From assembly GCA_026996605.1 (NCBI GenBank), contig JALWLE010000141.1:3086-67085 (forward strand): a DNA stretch of 64,000 nucleotides, given 5' to 3'. The position numbers and the translations under genes are program-made. Below are positions 45,861 through 55,340 of this stretch, in pieces; positions within the stretch are counted from its first letter, which is position 1, and each line of letters starts with the position of its first letter. Source of the DNA: Flavobacteriales bacterium. Its GTDB lineage: Bacteria > Bacteroidota > Bacteroidia > Flavobacteriales > Flavobacteriaceae. A model generated the notes under the pieces. The model did no database searches. It saw only the letters and a list, made by a program, of their open reading frames with translations, and had not been told where the DNA came from.

Positions 45861-47039
45861 TTAATTGTGTAATTTATATTTGCCATAATATTGCACAAAG
45901 GTTTATATATGACGTCGTAGTCTGTTTAAAATTTGCTAACTTTACCTTATGCAACAAAGATAGAAAAATTCTATGAATTTTCCGGTGTAAATACTCATAA
46001 ACATTGTAGTAGACGAAAATTCCGCCACGGACATATATAGTGTTAGCATTATTTATTAATAATTTCGAATTAATTCTTCACTTGGAATATTCGATTGTTA
46101 ACTTAAATTTTTAATCATTTTAAGTGTCAATTTCTTTTTTTATTAAGTATTTTACTTACTCTGCTTTTAAATCTTACAATTTCAGCTAAGCTTTTGATAT
46201 AATCCTAAACAATATTCGTAATTTTTTACCTTTAATTAGTTTGAAAGGAATTTTGCCACGTTCTTGGTTTCACTCATATATTTACTTACGGTACTAACCA
46301 AAAATATATCTACGTTTTTAGTTGTTCAACTACTTCGTCATGCGAATGTTTTTCCTCATCATCATGATGATGAGGAAAAGCTTACCCGTATTCAAGTCCA
46401 CATCCCGTCCTAATCCGTGTCCGTGTCGTTCTTGACGGTGATTGCCTTCACTTCTGTCATGGTCGTGGTGTTCGTGCTGATTTTTTTAAAAAGATAAGTT
46501 GACAATTTCATTGTCTTTTGTCTTAAAAAAATGCAAAGGCAGCCGCTCTGCCTGTTCGTCTGTCAATGGTTTATCTATCGTTTGTAGAAATGGCGATGAG
46601 CATAGTTCTTTAATTTTGATATTTTTGTATTTTAATTGGTTTTGAGAAAATGATCTACACAGGTTTATTTAGAACAATTTTAAATTACAGCAATAAATGT
46701 TACGATAAAAAAATAGAGTCTTAGAAACAAAGTTGTCGTCTCAATGAGACTTATTGTATTTACCTAAATTAAGAAGTTTTACAAAGGTTTCGCTCCTATG
46801 GTTCTTTATTTGTATATTTATAAAATGTCATTTGGTGACGTATGCACGACAACTTTATAGTTTTTAATTATTTATCTTTGAGAAAGATAACAATCAAAAT
46901 TCATACTATATTTATGATATTTTTATTATTTTTACTGATATAAAATTTATTGGTCGTTATTAACAAAACTAATTAGTACCAAACATGCAGTAGTAATCTA
47001 ATTTTAAGAAAGGAAAAATTAATCAAAAATATAAGAGAT
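45861..47039. other. 1.18-kb AT-rich stretch without any intact ORF of 60 aa or more. It holds probable decayed gene remnants and a perfect 30-nt palindrome.
   Basis: No track ORF. A minus-strand His-rich reading frame fragment (46330-46486) is interrupted by a stop upstream. Palindrome ttttcctcatcatcatgatgatgaggaaaa at 46350-46379. Confidence 0.5.
46330..46486 (-). pseudogene. Possible remnant of a His-rich (metal-binding?) protein gene
   Basis: Minus-strand translation NQHEHHHDHDRSEGNHRQERHGHGLGRDVDL... has no start codon and is preceded by an in-frame TAA next to an A/T homopolymer run. Confidence 0.25.
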
Positions 47040-48083
47040 ATGAAAAAAATATTGATTTTTGTGTTTATAGTATTATTTTTTATTGGTTGTGGAAATAACA
47101 ATCAGAAAGAGCAAAACAAGACACTGACAAATGTTGAAAAAAAGACAGATACATTCAAGAAACTGAACGCAAAAGCCAGACAAATGTTTGGTGTTTTGCC
47201 AAAAGTGGCAGAAAATCCGGATAATCCTGTAACCGATGAAAAAGTAGCATTGGGTAAAAAACTGTATTTTGACAAGCGATTATCAAAAGACAATGTTCAA
47301 AGTTGTAACACTTGTCATAATTTAAATACGTTTGGTGTTGATAATCAACCTTTTTCAAAAGGAAATGATGGTAAATTAGGTGATAGAAATTCGCCTACAA
47401 CGCTTAATGCCGCTTTACATATTGCACAATTTTGGGATGGTAGAGAACCTGATGTAGAAGCACAAGCAGGCGGACCGATTTTAAATCCGGTAGAAATGGC
47501 AATGCCTAGTGAAAAAGCGGTAATTGATAGATTGTCAAAAATTGACGAATACGTTACAATGTTTGCAAAAGTTTTTCCCGAAAAACCGTCTCTTACATAC
47601 GAAAATTTGAAAAAAGCCATTGGTGCCTTTGAAAGAAAATTGATAACGCCTTCAAAATTTGATGACTATATTGCAGGTAATGATGATGCTTTAAACACCA
47701 AGGAGAAAAAAGGGCTTCAAACCTTTATCAATGCAGGTTGCACGGCTTGTCATTCCGGTAATTTATTTGGAGGAAACAGTTATCAGAAATTCGGTATTTT
47801 TGGCAATTATTGGGATTTTACTAAAAGTAAAAAAATAGATAACGGAAGATATGATGTAACAAAAAATGAAGCAGATAAATATGTATTTAAAGTGCCTTCT
47901 TTGAGAAATATAGAAAAAACAGCACCATATTTTCACGATGGGAGTGTACAAGATTTGGCACAAGCCGTCAAGATTATGGGTAAAACACAATCAAATAAGG
48001 ATTTAACAGATGAGGAAGTCAATCAGATTATTGATTTCTTAAAAACGCTTACAGGTGAAGTTCCGGCATCGTTAAAAGAATGA
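47040..48083 (+). CDS. Di-haem cytochrome c peroxidase (CCP/MauG family)
   Basis: Lipobox-like FIGC. Haem motifs CNTCHN and CTACHS. FWDGRE and PYFHDGS motifs. Confidence 0.85.
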   Translation: MKKILIFVFIVLFFIGCGNNNQKEQNKTLTNVEKKTDTFKKLNAKARQMFGVLPKVAENPDNPVTDEKVALGKKLYFDKRLSKDNVQSCNTCHNLNTFGVDNQPFSKGNDGKLGDRNSPTTLNAALHIAQFWDGREPDVEAQAGGPILNPVEMAMPSEKAVIDRLSKIDEYVTMFAKVFPEKPSLTYENLKKAIGAFERKLITPSKFDDYIAGNDDALNTKEKKGLQTFINAGCTACHSGNLFGGNSYQKFGIFGNYWDFTKSKKIDNGRYDVTKNEADKYVFKVPSLRNIEKTAPYFHDGSVQDLAQAVKIMGKTQSNKDLTDEEVNQIIDFLKTLTGEVPASLKE

Positions 48084-48114
48084 TATAGAAAGAATTGATT
48101 AAATAATTTTATAG

Positions 48115-48181
48115 GACTGCTAAAAAGTCAACGACACTTATATTACAACTGTGTTTATGGCTTTTTTAGCAGTTTTTTTTT
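48115..48181. terminator. Possible bidirectional terminator between convergent genes
   Basis: Arms ggactgctaaaaag / cttttttagcagt with a long (~32 nt) loop, followed by a T9 run. Confidence 0.4.
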
Positions 48182-48861
48182 TAATTAATATAAATCCAAT
48201 ATATACCAATGGCAAAAGCAAATATGGCGCCAATATATTGTAGCCAAATGATTTTTTGGCTATGGTAATCATGTTTTGAACCGGAAATCTTATCGATAAA
48301 TAAGGCATAAATGGTCATTGCACTGACAATACCCAATCCAAAACCAATCATATATTGAATAGAATCAGTAGCAGATTTATAGCCCAATACCGGTAGCATC
48401 AAGATAAAGTGAGAAATCCCTGCAAATCCATGAATAATACCGATAAAAAAAGATAAAACGGTATTGTGTTTTTTGATATTAGTGTGTTGGTGCTTTCCTG
48501 TTGTTTTATGAACATGAGTGTATGTGCTGTTTTCTTGCGAATGTGTATGTGGATATGCCAGACTTTTTTTTCTTTGCTGTGTTCGATATAAAGCCCAAAT
48601 ACCGATACCGATTAACATAAAGCCGACAAATTTTTCACTGTTTTTAGAAATGTTTTCAACCGGAATTTGATTTTTTAAAAAATAAAACAATAAACCGATG
48701 AGTAACATACCTAAAACATGTCCCAATCCCCAACCCAAACCAATTTTCCACGACTTTGATTTCTTTTCCAATACTAAGGGTGTAACCGCCGCCAAATGAT
48801 CCGGACCGGTTAAAACGTGAACCAGTGCCGCTGTAAATCCGATGAATAATGGTAGTGTCAT
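48181..48861 (-). CDS. Putative Ni2+/Co2+ permease (HupE/UreJ- or UreH-like) with His-rich cytoplasmic loop
   Basis: 6 TM. N-terminal HVLTGPDHLAAV motif. Central loop YPHTHSQENSTYTHVHKTTGKHQHTNIKKH. Adjacent to hyp genes. Confidence 0.55.
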   Translation of the reverse strand: MTLPLFIGFTAALVHVLTGPDHLAAVTPLVLEKKSKSWKIGLGWGLGHVLGMLLIGLLFYFLKNQIPVENISKNSEKFVGFMLIGIGIWALYRTQQRKKSLAYPHTHSQENSTYTHVHKTTGKHQHTNIKKHNTVLSFFIGIIHGFAGISHFILMLPVLGYKSATDSIQYMIGFGLGIVSAMTIYALFIDKISGSKHDYHSQKIIWLQYIGAIFAFAIGIYWIYIN

Positions 48862-49056
48862 GGTTGTGGAGTTAAAAGTTGAAAGTTAAAAGTTTCGGTT
48901 CATAGATTATTTACGTGTTTAAAGAATGATTTTCGTTTCATAATATATGTGCTTTGAGATTGATGAATTGATGACTTTATCTGCTTCATAGATTATTTCG
49001 TTTTTTGATGATTATTTATTATTTTATACCATATTATTCGTTTCATAAATTGAGGA

Positions 49057-49130
49057 ATTGATGAAAGGTCATTGAGTGATTTTGTGAGGTAACGAACAAA
49101 ATTGTATCGAAGTGACCGGTTTCATTGATG
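49057..49130. repeat. ~75-bp repeat, left copy (inverted relative to 63931-64000)
   Basis: attgatgaaaggtcattgagtgattttgtgaggtaacgaacaaaattgtatcgaagtgaccggtttcattgatg matches the reverse complement of the window's last 70 nt at roughly 90% identity. Confidence 0.75.
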
Positions 49131-49225
49131 AAATGATGATTTTTTTATAACTTTATAAGTTTTCATCAGCTCATCAATTCATCAACTCATCAATAATTGC
49201 TCCACTTGTTACATGTTACTATATC

Positions 49226-50278
49226 CTAACATATCCGCGGTAATTGTTCTCCGATAGGCATATGCACTACTCGTTTGCCGCCCATCGGATTGGTTATTAA
49301 TACTTTACCATTAGGTTTTTCGCTGACTTCACCTATAATTGATGCATATTTTGATTCGGGATATTGTTGTAATGTTTTTACAACTTCATCGGCAATTCCG
49401 GCATCGACAAAACTCATAAAAACACCTTCGTTTGCCGTATATAACGGGTCTAATCCGAGAATTTCACATGCCGCTTTGACTTGCGGTAAAACAGGGATTT
49501 TGTTATCGTGTAAAATAATACCTTTATTGATTTCGGAAGCAATCTCGTTTAAAGTCGCCGCTACACCACCGCGGGTCGGATCACGGAATAGGTGGATTTT
49601 CTCACCAAATTTATCCAACAATTCATTGGTTAAATGATTGAGATTGGTTGTGTCGCTTTCAATTTGCGATTCAAATTGTAAACCTTCTCTTACAGATAAT
49701 ATGGCAATGCCATGGGTAGCAAGACTATTGCTAACAATTACTTTATCGCCAGATTTTATTCTGGACGAATCAATTTGTGCTTTCGGGTGCAATTTACCAA
49801 TGCCGGTTGTGTTGATAAAAATTTTGTCGCCTTTACCTTTATCAACTACTTTGGTATCACCGGTTACGATTTTTACTCCTGATTTTTCCGCCGCATATTT
49901 TATCGAGACAATAATGTCCCAAAATTTGCTGATTTCCAATCCTTCTTCAATGATAAAACTTAACGATAAATATTGTGGAATGGCGCCACACATGGCTATA
50001 TCGTTAACTGTGCCGTTGACAGCCAATTCGCCTATATCACCGCCCGGAAACTCGATAGGGGAGATAACAAAACTATCGGTTGAAAAAGCTATTTGTCCAT
50101 TCATTTCCAAAAAAGCACCGTCGTGATGTTTATCGAGAATATCATTTTTGAGTAAGTCAAAAACACCGGTTTCCAATAATTGATTGGTTAATTTACCACC
50201 GCTTCCGTGTGCCAAAGTAATGATATCAAAATCAAATTTGGGTGCGGGACATTGTGATTTTAATAAGCTTTTTTTCAT
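49226..50278 (-). CDS. hypE: Hydrogenase maturation protein HypE (carbamoyl dehydratase)
   Basis: AIR-synthase-like fold motifs. Diagnostic C-terminal PRIC. Confidence 0.9.
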   Translation of the reverse strand: MKKSLLKSQCPAPKFDFDIITLAHGSGGKLTNQLLETGVFDLLKNDILDKHHDGAFLEMNGQIAFSTDSFVISPIEFPGGDIGELAVNGTVNDIAMCGAIPQYLSLSFIIEEGLEISKFWDIIVSIKYAAEKSGVKIVTGDTKVVDKGKGDKIFINTTGIGKLHPKAQIDSSRIKSGDKVIVSNSLATHGIAILSVREGLQFESQIESDTTNLNHLTNELLDKFGEKIHLFRDPTRGGVAATLNEIASEINKGIILHDNKIPVLPQVKAACEILGLDPLYTANEGVFMSFVDAGIADEVVKTLQQYPESKYASIIGEVSEKPNGKVLITNPMGGKRVVHMPIGEQLPRIC

Positions 50279-50443
50279 ATCAATCCGTTGTCATTTTCTA
50301 CAAAATAGTTATTTTTCTAAACCAAATATACACTTTTTCATTAGAAAAAATGTTTTTTCAATCACTTAGTTCCAAAGGTATGACGGAATATACCTTTGTA
50401 ACGTTACAATAAGATACTACCATTGAGCACCGTAGGTACTACA

Positions 50444-52714
50444 CTATGCATGTATCAAACCATAAACCAACTGCCCTAAAACAATCCCTTCATCATTGGG
50501 CGATAATTCTTTATGAAAATACAATTTTTTCCGGTTATTATTTTTTTCAATCATTAAGTCCACCAATAGCGCATTTTGAAATACACCACCGCTAAACGCT
50601 AGATGTTCATATCCGTATTGATCGGCTATTTGCCAAATATAATTAACTAATGTTAAATGAAATTTAGCTGCAATCTTTTGAAAATCAATGTTTTTATTTA
50701 AGTCATCAATAATTTGTTCAAATATAAAACCGCTAAAATTTTCATAAGCATATGCCGTTAGGTTATAGCCGTCGGTTTGATTTTTTTCGAGAAATTGTGT
50801 GGCTTGCCATTCGAGTTTCATACTTACTTCTGCTTCATAGCTGTGTATATCAAAATTGAAAACTAAGGAAGCCACAGCGTCAAATAAGCGTCCCATACTT
50901 GTGCTTTTGAGTTGCGTATTTGATAAGAGTTTTTGATAAATTTTCCACTCCGTTTCGTTGAATTTCGGTTGTAAATATTTTTGCGCTTTTTCAAACTTAT
51001 GTCCGATTGCCAAAGCAGATATACGAGGTTCTTTAACCATTTTATCTGCCAGAATAAAATCAAATTCACCAATATGATGTAAGCGTTCAATTTTATACTT
51101 TTGATAATGAAAAAATTCACCACCCCAAATATTACCGTCGTCACCCAATCCGGTGCCATCCCAAACTATACCCAAAATTTTGTCTTGGCTATCGAGCAAA
51201 TTATTTTCTGCTAAAACACTTAATAAATGCGCTTTATGATGTTGAATTTCAACGTGTTTGATTTTGTTCTTTTGAGCATACTTTTTGCCGAATTCCGTTG
51301 CAAAATAGGCGGAGTGTTTATCTGTAACGACAGTTTCTATATCGGGTTTTAAGATATTTGTAAGGTGTTTAAAAGTTTTTTCATAATTATTTTGCGCTTC
51401 GTAACTTTCGGTATTACCCAGATATTGACTGATAAAAATATTATTTTGATGTGTAAATGCAAATACACTTTTCAACATACTACCTGTGGCCAAAATACTT
51501 TTTTTATGAAAGTTTAATTTAGGATTGATATAAATAGGCGCCTTGCCCCGCGAACGACGCAGAACAATTTTTTGCCGGTATTTAGTCGAAAATTGCACCA
51601 GTCCGTCATCTTGCGGAATGACGATGTTACGGTTGTTCATCAAGAGAACATCGGCGATATGTGTTAAATAATCAATAGCCGTTTGGTCATCGTATATAAT
51701 GGTAGAACCCGTAATATTGCCACTGGTAGCGATGATAGGTTTACCGAATTTGGCAAGCAACAAATCATATAAGGGAGTATAAGGCAACATCACACCAATA
51801 CGTCCCAAGTCTTTGATAATCTTATCGATAGCTATTTTTGAAGCAGGTTGTTTTTTTAATTGTAATAAGACAATAGGAGCGCTAATGCTTTTCAATTCAT
51901 TTTTTTCATCGCTGTTGATAAATGTATCTTTTTCAATGCTTGGTATATCGGGATACATTAATGCAAAAGGTTTAGCAGGACGTTGTTTGCGTTTTCGTAA
52001 TGTATTTACGGCATCTATATTGGTAGCGTCGCAAGTCAGCAAATACCCGCCGATTCCTTTAATAGCGATGATTTTTCCGTCGTTCCAATATTGGATTACC
52101 TTTTCTAAATCGGTAAAATGTTCCGTTAGTTTTCCGTTTTCATACCATTGCATTTCTACCGGACATTCGGGGCAAGAGTTGGTTTGTGAAAAATGCCGGC
52201 GTTCCAGCGGATTGTTGTATTCGGCTTGACAGACCGGACACATTTCAAATTTGTGCATAGTTGTAAAAGGACGGTCGTAGGGTAGGGCGGTGATGATAGA
52301 GTAACGTGGTCCGCAATTGGTACAGGTTATAAACGGATATTGGTAACGTCTGTCTTCGGGATTATAAAGTTCGCGTCGGCAATCCGGACACATGGCGACA
52401 TCGGGTGTTACTAATACATTGGTGGTCGCATTACTTTCACTTTTGATAATTTTAAAACTTTTAAAATATTGATTATCAACTTTTTTAATAGAGTAATCGG
52501 TAATCACAGCCAAAGGTGGCAGGTTGTCTAAAATTTTTTTTAAAAACAGATTAGCTTCTCTTTCATCGGCATTGATTTGGATATGTACGCCGTCAGTTGT
52601 GTTGTTAACCCAACCTTTAAGATGTTTTTGCATGGCCATTTGATAGACAAATGGTCTAAAACCAACGCCTTGCACAATTCCTTTTATATGTATATGATAA
52701 GTTTCCACACACAA
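50444..52714 (-). CDS. hypF: Carbamoyltransferase HypF
   Basis: Acylphosphatase domain GIVQGVGFRPFVY, two CxxC-x18-CxxC zinc fingers, YrdC-like and Kae1-like domains. Start is TTG (52714) or GTG (52708). Confidence 0.9.
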   Translation of the reverse strand: MCVETYHIHIKGIVQGVGFRPFVYQMAMQKHLKGWVNNTTDGVHIQINADEREANLFLKKILDNLPPLAVITDYSIKKVDNQYFKSFKIIKSESNATTNVLVTPDVAMCPDCRRELYNPEDRRYQYPFITCTNCGPRYSIITALPYDRPFTTMHKFEMCPVCQAEYNNPLERRHFSQTNSCPECPVEMQWYENGKLTEHFTDLEKVIQYWNDGKIIAIKGIGGYLLTCDATNIDAVNTLRKRKQRPAKPFALMYPDIPSIEKDTFINSDEKNELKSISAPIVLLQLKKQPASKIAIDKIIKDLGRIGVMLPYTPLYDLLLAKFGKPIIATSGNITGSTIIYDDQTAIDYLTHIADVLLMNNRNIVIPQDDGLVQFSTKYRQKIVLRRSRGKAPIYINPKLNFHKKSILATGSMLKSVFAFTHQNNIFISQYLGNTESYEAQNNYEKTFKHLTNILKPDIETVVTDKHSAYFATEFGKKYAQKNKIKHVEIQHHKAHLLSVLAENNLLDSQDKILGIVWDGTGLGDDGNIWGGEFFHYQKYKIERLHHIGEFDFILADKMVKEPRISALAIGHKFEKAQKYLQPKFNETEWKIYQKLLSNTQLKSTSMGRLFDAVASLVFNFDIHSYEAEVSMKLEWQATQFLEKNQTDGYNLTAYAYENFSGFIFEQIIDDLNKNIDFQKIAAKFHLTLVNYIWQIADQYGYEHLAFSGGVFQNALLVDLMIEKNNNRKKLYFHKELSPNDEGIVLGQLVYGLIHA

Positions 52715-52792
52715 AAAAATATGTGTAAAAATAAAAAAATCAATGTAATTTATGTTACCAAAAAGATTTTTTTTTTACTTTTACATTGACTT

Positions 52793-53437
52793 ATGCCAAT
52801 ATTTTCATTAAATACTAATCCGATTCAATTTCCACCACCGGATTTTGCCGGTCCGGATGGGCTTTTAGCTGAGGGAGGACTTTGCACAAGTGATTGGCTT
52901 TTCAAGGCTTATTATTCCGGTTTTTTCTGTTGGTCACATCCTATGCGTTATCCCAAGTGGTGGACACCGGATCCTAGAAAAGTAATCTTGCCACAAGATT
53001 ATAAGCTTAACTTTGAAACAGATAAAAATTTTACTACCGGTTTTAATAATGACTTAGATAGTAGTTTAAAGTTTATTCAAGGTATTGAAAATCAAGGTGA
53101 AATGAATGATTTTTGGCTCACGGGAATCATGATGAACGCTTTTAAAGATTTTCACAAAACCGATAATTTAATTTGGATAACGGTAAAAAAAGCGCAAGAA
53201 ATTGTTGCTGTTGCACTGGGAGTAGCTATCAATAATTTGTTTTTCGGTGAGTATATTTCCGGTAAAGATGAGAATGTGATGCGTCATGCCGGTTATCATC
53301 TATTAGAATATTTAAAACAACAGAATTTTATTCTGTTTGATGTTCATAAACCAACCAATCGAGGCGATGAAATTTTTAAAGTATCACTAATTGGCAGAAG
53401 AGATTATTTAACTATTTTAGAAAACAATTTAACATGA
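52793..53437 (+). CDS. aat: Leucyl/phenylalanyl-tRNA--protein transferase
   Basis: FPPPDFAGPDGLLAEGG...AYYSGFFCW...WWTPDPR N-terminal signature. Confidence 0.8.
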   Translation: MPIFSLNTNPIQFPPPDFAGPDGLLAEGGLCTSDWLFKAYYSGFFCWSHPMRYPKWWTPDPRKVILPQDYKLNFETDKNFTTGFNNDLDSSLKFIQGIENQGEMNDFWLTGIMMNAFKDFHKTDNLIWITVKKAQEIVAVALGVAINNLFFGEYISGKDENVMRHAGYHLLEYLKQQNFILFDVHKPTNRGDEIFKVSLIGRRDYLTILENNLT

Positions 53438-55296
53438 CTGAAATCAAAACAGATTTAAAAAAATTATTAGAAAAAGCACAACAGTTTATCGAACTGAAAC
53501 ACTATGATGATGCGGTTGAAACTTACCGGAACGCTTTACATTTAACCAATAGTTTGCCTTTGAAAATAGATATTTTTAATACTTTGGGGCGCTTATCACT
53601 TTTTTTAGAGAACAACAAGGAAGCCGAACAATATTTTTTCAAATCGTTGAGCTTGCATGAAGAATTGCCCGAATCACAAAAAAATCAATTGAATCTCAAT
53701 AAAGCGATGGTTTTGAGTAATTTGGCAATGTTAGCCCGTATGCGTCAAGACCGTTTGCAAGCCATTACTTTGTATCAAAAAGCTTTGAAACTTCTAAATT
53801 CTATGGAAAAACAAAGTCCTATTCAAGAACAGAATAAAGCTGAAATTCAATACAATTTGGCAGATTTACTATATCAAGCCGGACAATTACGTCAAGCTAA
53901 AAATGCTTATTTAGAAGCTTTGAAATTTTATGAAAAGAATGAAAATTTTGATGAATTAACCGCTCGTATTTACTTTCAATTGGCTAACGTTTATATGGAC
54001 CAACACAATATGTATGATTCGCAACGTTATTTTATCAAAGCTATGCGTATTTTTGATGCTTTAAGCCAAGAAAATCCTACATATTATTTACCGTTATTAG
54101 CTTCGGTTTACAATAATTTGGCTGTGGTTGCCAAAACAATGTATAAATATGACGATGCAGCAGGATATTATAAAAGGACATTAAAGGTTTATGAACAACT
54201 GTTGGATATTGACCGCAAGACTTATTTACCTTTTTACGCCAATACACTCAACGGGTTAGGGATTGTTTACACTGAACAAATGGAAGTCAGAGATGATTAT
54301 GACAGCGGCGGTTTATCGGGGTTTTCCGGCGTTGGAATCTTTTCGACAAATGCAATTAAAGAAGAAGAAAAAGAAAAAAACAGACAATATCGATTACAAC
54401 AAGCAGAAACTTATTTTAAACGAGCATTGCTTTTATATCGGGAAATGGCGGTAGATGACCCCGAAAAATACAAACATTATATTGCTAATGTTTTGCATAA
54501 TTTGGCTGTTTTGTATGATGAAAATAAAAAATTTGAAATGGCACAAGTTTATTATAAAGATGCCATTGATTTGCGTGAAAAACTATCCCGTCAAGCAGAT
54601 GTTTTCATTCCGGATTTGATAGCCAGTATGATGAATTTAATCACGATGAATCAATATTTGCTCGAAGCTACCGGCGATATCAATTATAAAAAACAAAGTA
54701 TTGCGTTATTAGAAAAAGTCAACAAATATTTAGCACAAGTTGATCATAAATTACCGGTCATCGAAAGTATGAAAAGTGATTGGAGCTATTTTAATAAATA
54801 TTTTATTGAAGTTGATGCAGCTTATGTCGATATTATAGTGCAAATCAATAAAACAAATGCGTTAAAAGAAAAAATAGCCGAGACTTTGGACCCACGGAAA
54901 AAAATGAATTGGCAAGAAAAAATTCTTGATATTTTAAATTCATTAAAAGAAAAATATCCCGATAACGATAAAGTAAATGAAAGTCTGGCACTTGCCCATA
55001 CCGATTATTCATGGTATGCTATGCGTGCCGGTGAATTTGAAAAAGCCGAACGATCTTTGAATCATGTGTTACCTTTGCCTTCCGTATTGTTGGCAAAATC
55101 TATTAATGAAGCACATTTACAATTGTTAAAAGGAAACAAAGAACTAGCTATGAAAACCTATAAGAATTTAAAAAACCAAAAGGATACGCAAAACGAACCG
55201 GCATATAAAATTATGAAAACCGATTGGCAAACATTGGAAAGAGACGGATTGATCGATGGGGATTTATTAAAAGTGTTATTTGATCTTGTTCAATAA
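53434..55296 (+). CDS. Tetratricopeptide-repeat protein
   Basis: 620 aa with many 34-aa A..Y..AL...-type repeats. ATGA overlap with aat. Confidence 0.7.
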   Translation: MTEIKTDLKKLLEKAQQFIELKHYDDAVETYRNALHLTNSLPLKIDIFNTLGRLSLFLENNKEAEQYFFKSLSLHEELPESQKNQLNLNKAMVLSNLAMLARMRQDRLQAITLYQKALKLLNSMEKQSPIQEQNKAEIQYNLADLLYQAGQLRQAKNAYLEALKFYEKNENFDELTARIYFQLANVYMDQHNMYDSQRYFIKAMRIFDALSQENPTYYLPLLASVYNNLAVVAKTMYKYDDAAGYYKRTLKVYEQLLDIDRKTYLPFYANTLNGLGIVYTEQMEVRDDYDSGGLSGFSGVGIFSTNAIKEEEKEKNRQYRLQQAETYFKRALLLYREMAVDDPEKYKHYIANVLHNLAVLYDENKKFEMAQVYYKDAIDLREKLSRQADVFIPDLIASMMNLITMNQYLLEATGDINYKKQSIALLEKVNKYLAQVDHKLPVIESMKSDWSYFNKYFIEVDAAYVDIIVQINKTNALKEKIAETLDPRKKMNWQEKILDILNSLKEKYPDNDKVNESLALAHTDYSWYAMRAGEFEKAERSLNHVLPLPSVLLAKSINEAHLQLLKGNKELAMKTYKNLKNQKDTQNEPAYKIMKTDWQTLERDGLIDGDLLKVLFDLVQ

Positions 55297-55340
55297 ATAG
55301 ATGGTTACGATACTTTCTACTTGTTACTAGTAACGTGTGA

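Noticed and set aside
49275-50126. Plus-strand ORFs 49275-49637 and 49638-50126 (120 and 162 aa), together with similar nested ORFs inside nuoD-like (28085-28794), nuoL-like (23705-24040), hypF (51813-52229) and hypX (55443-56746).
   Set aside because: These are shadow ORFs on the opposite strand or in alternative frames of genes with strong family signatures. Their composition is odd (Ser/Pro/Ile-rich) and no motifs are present.
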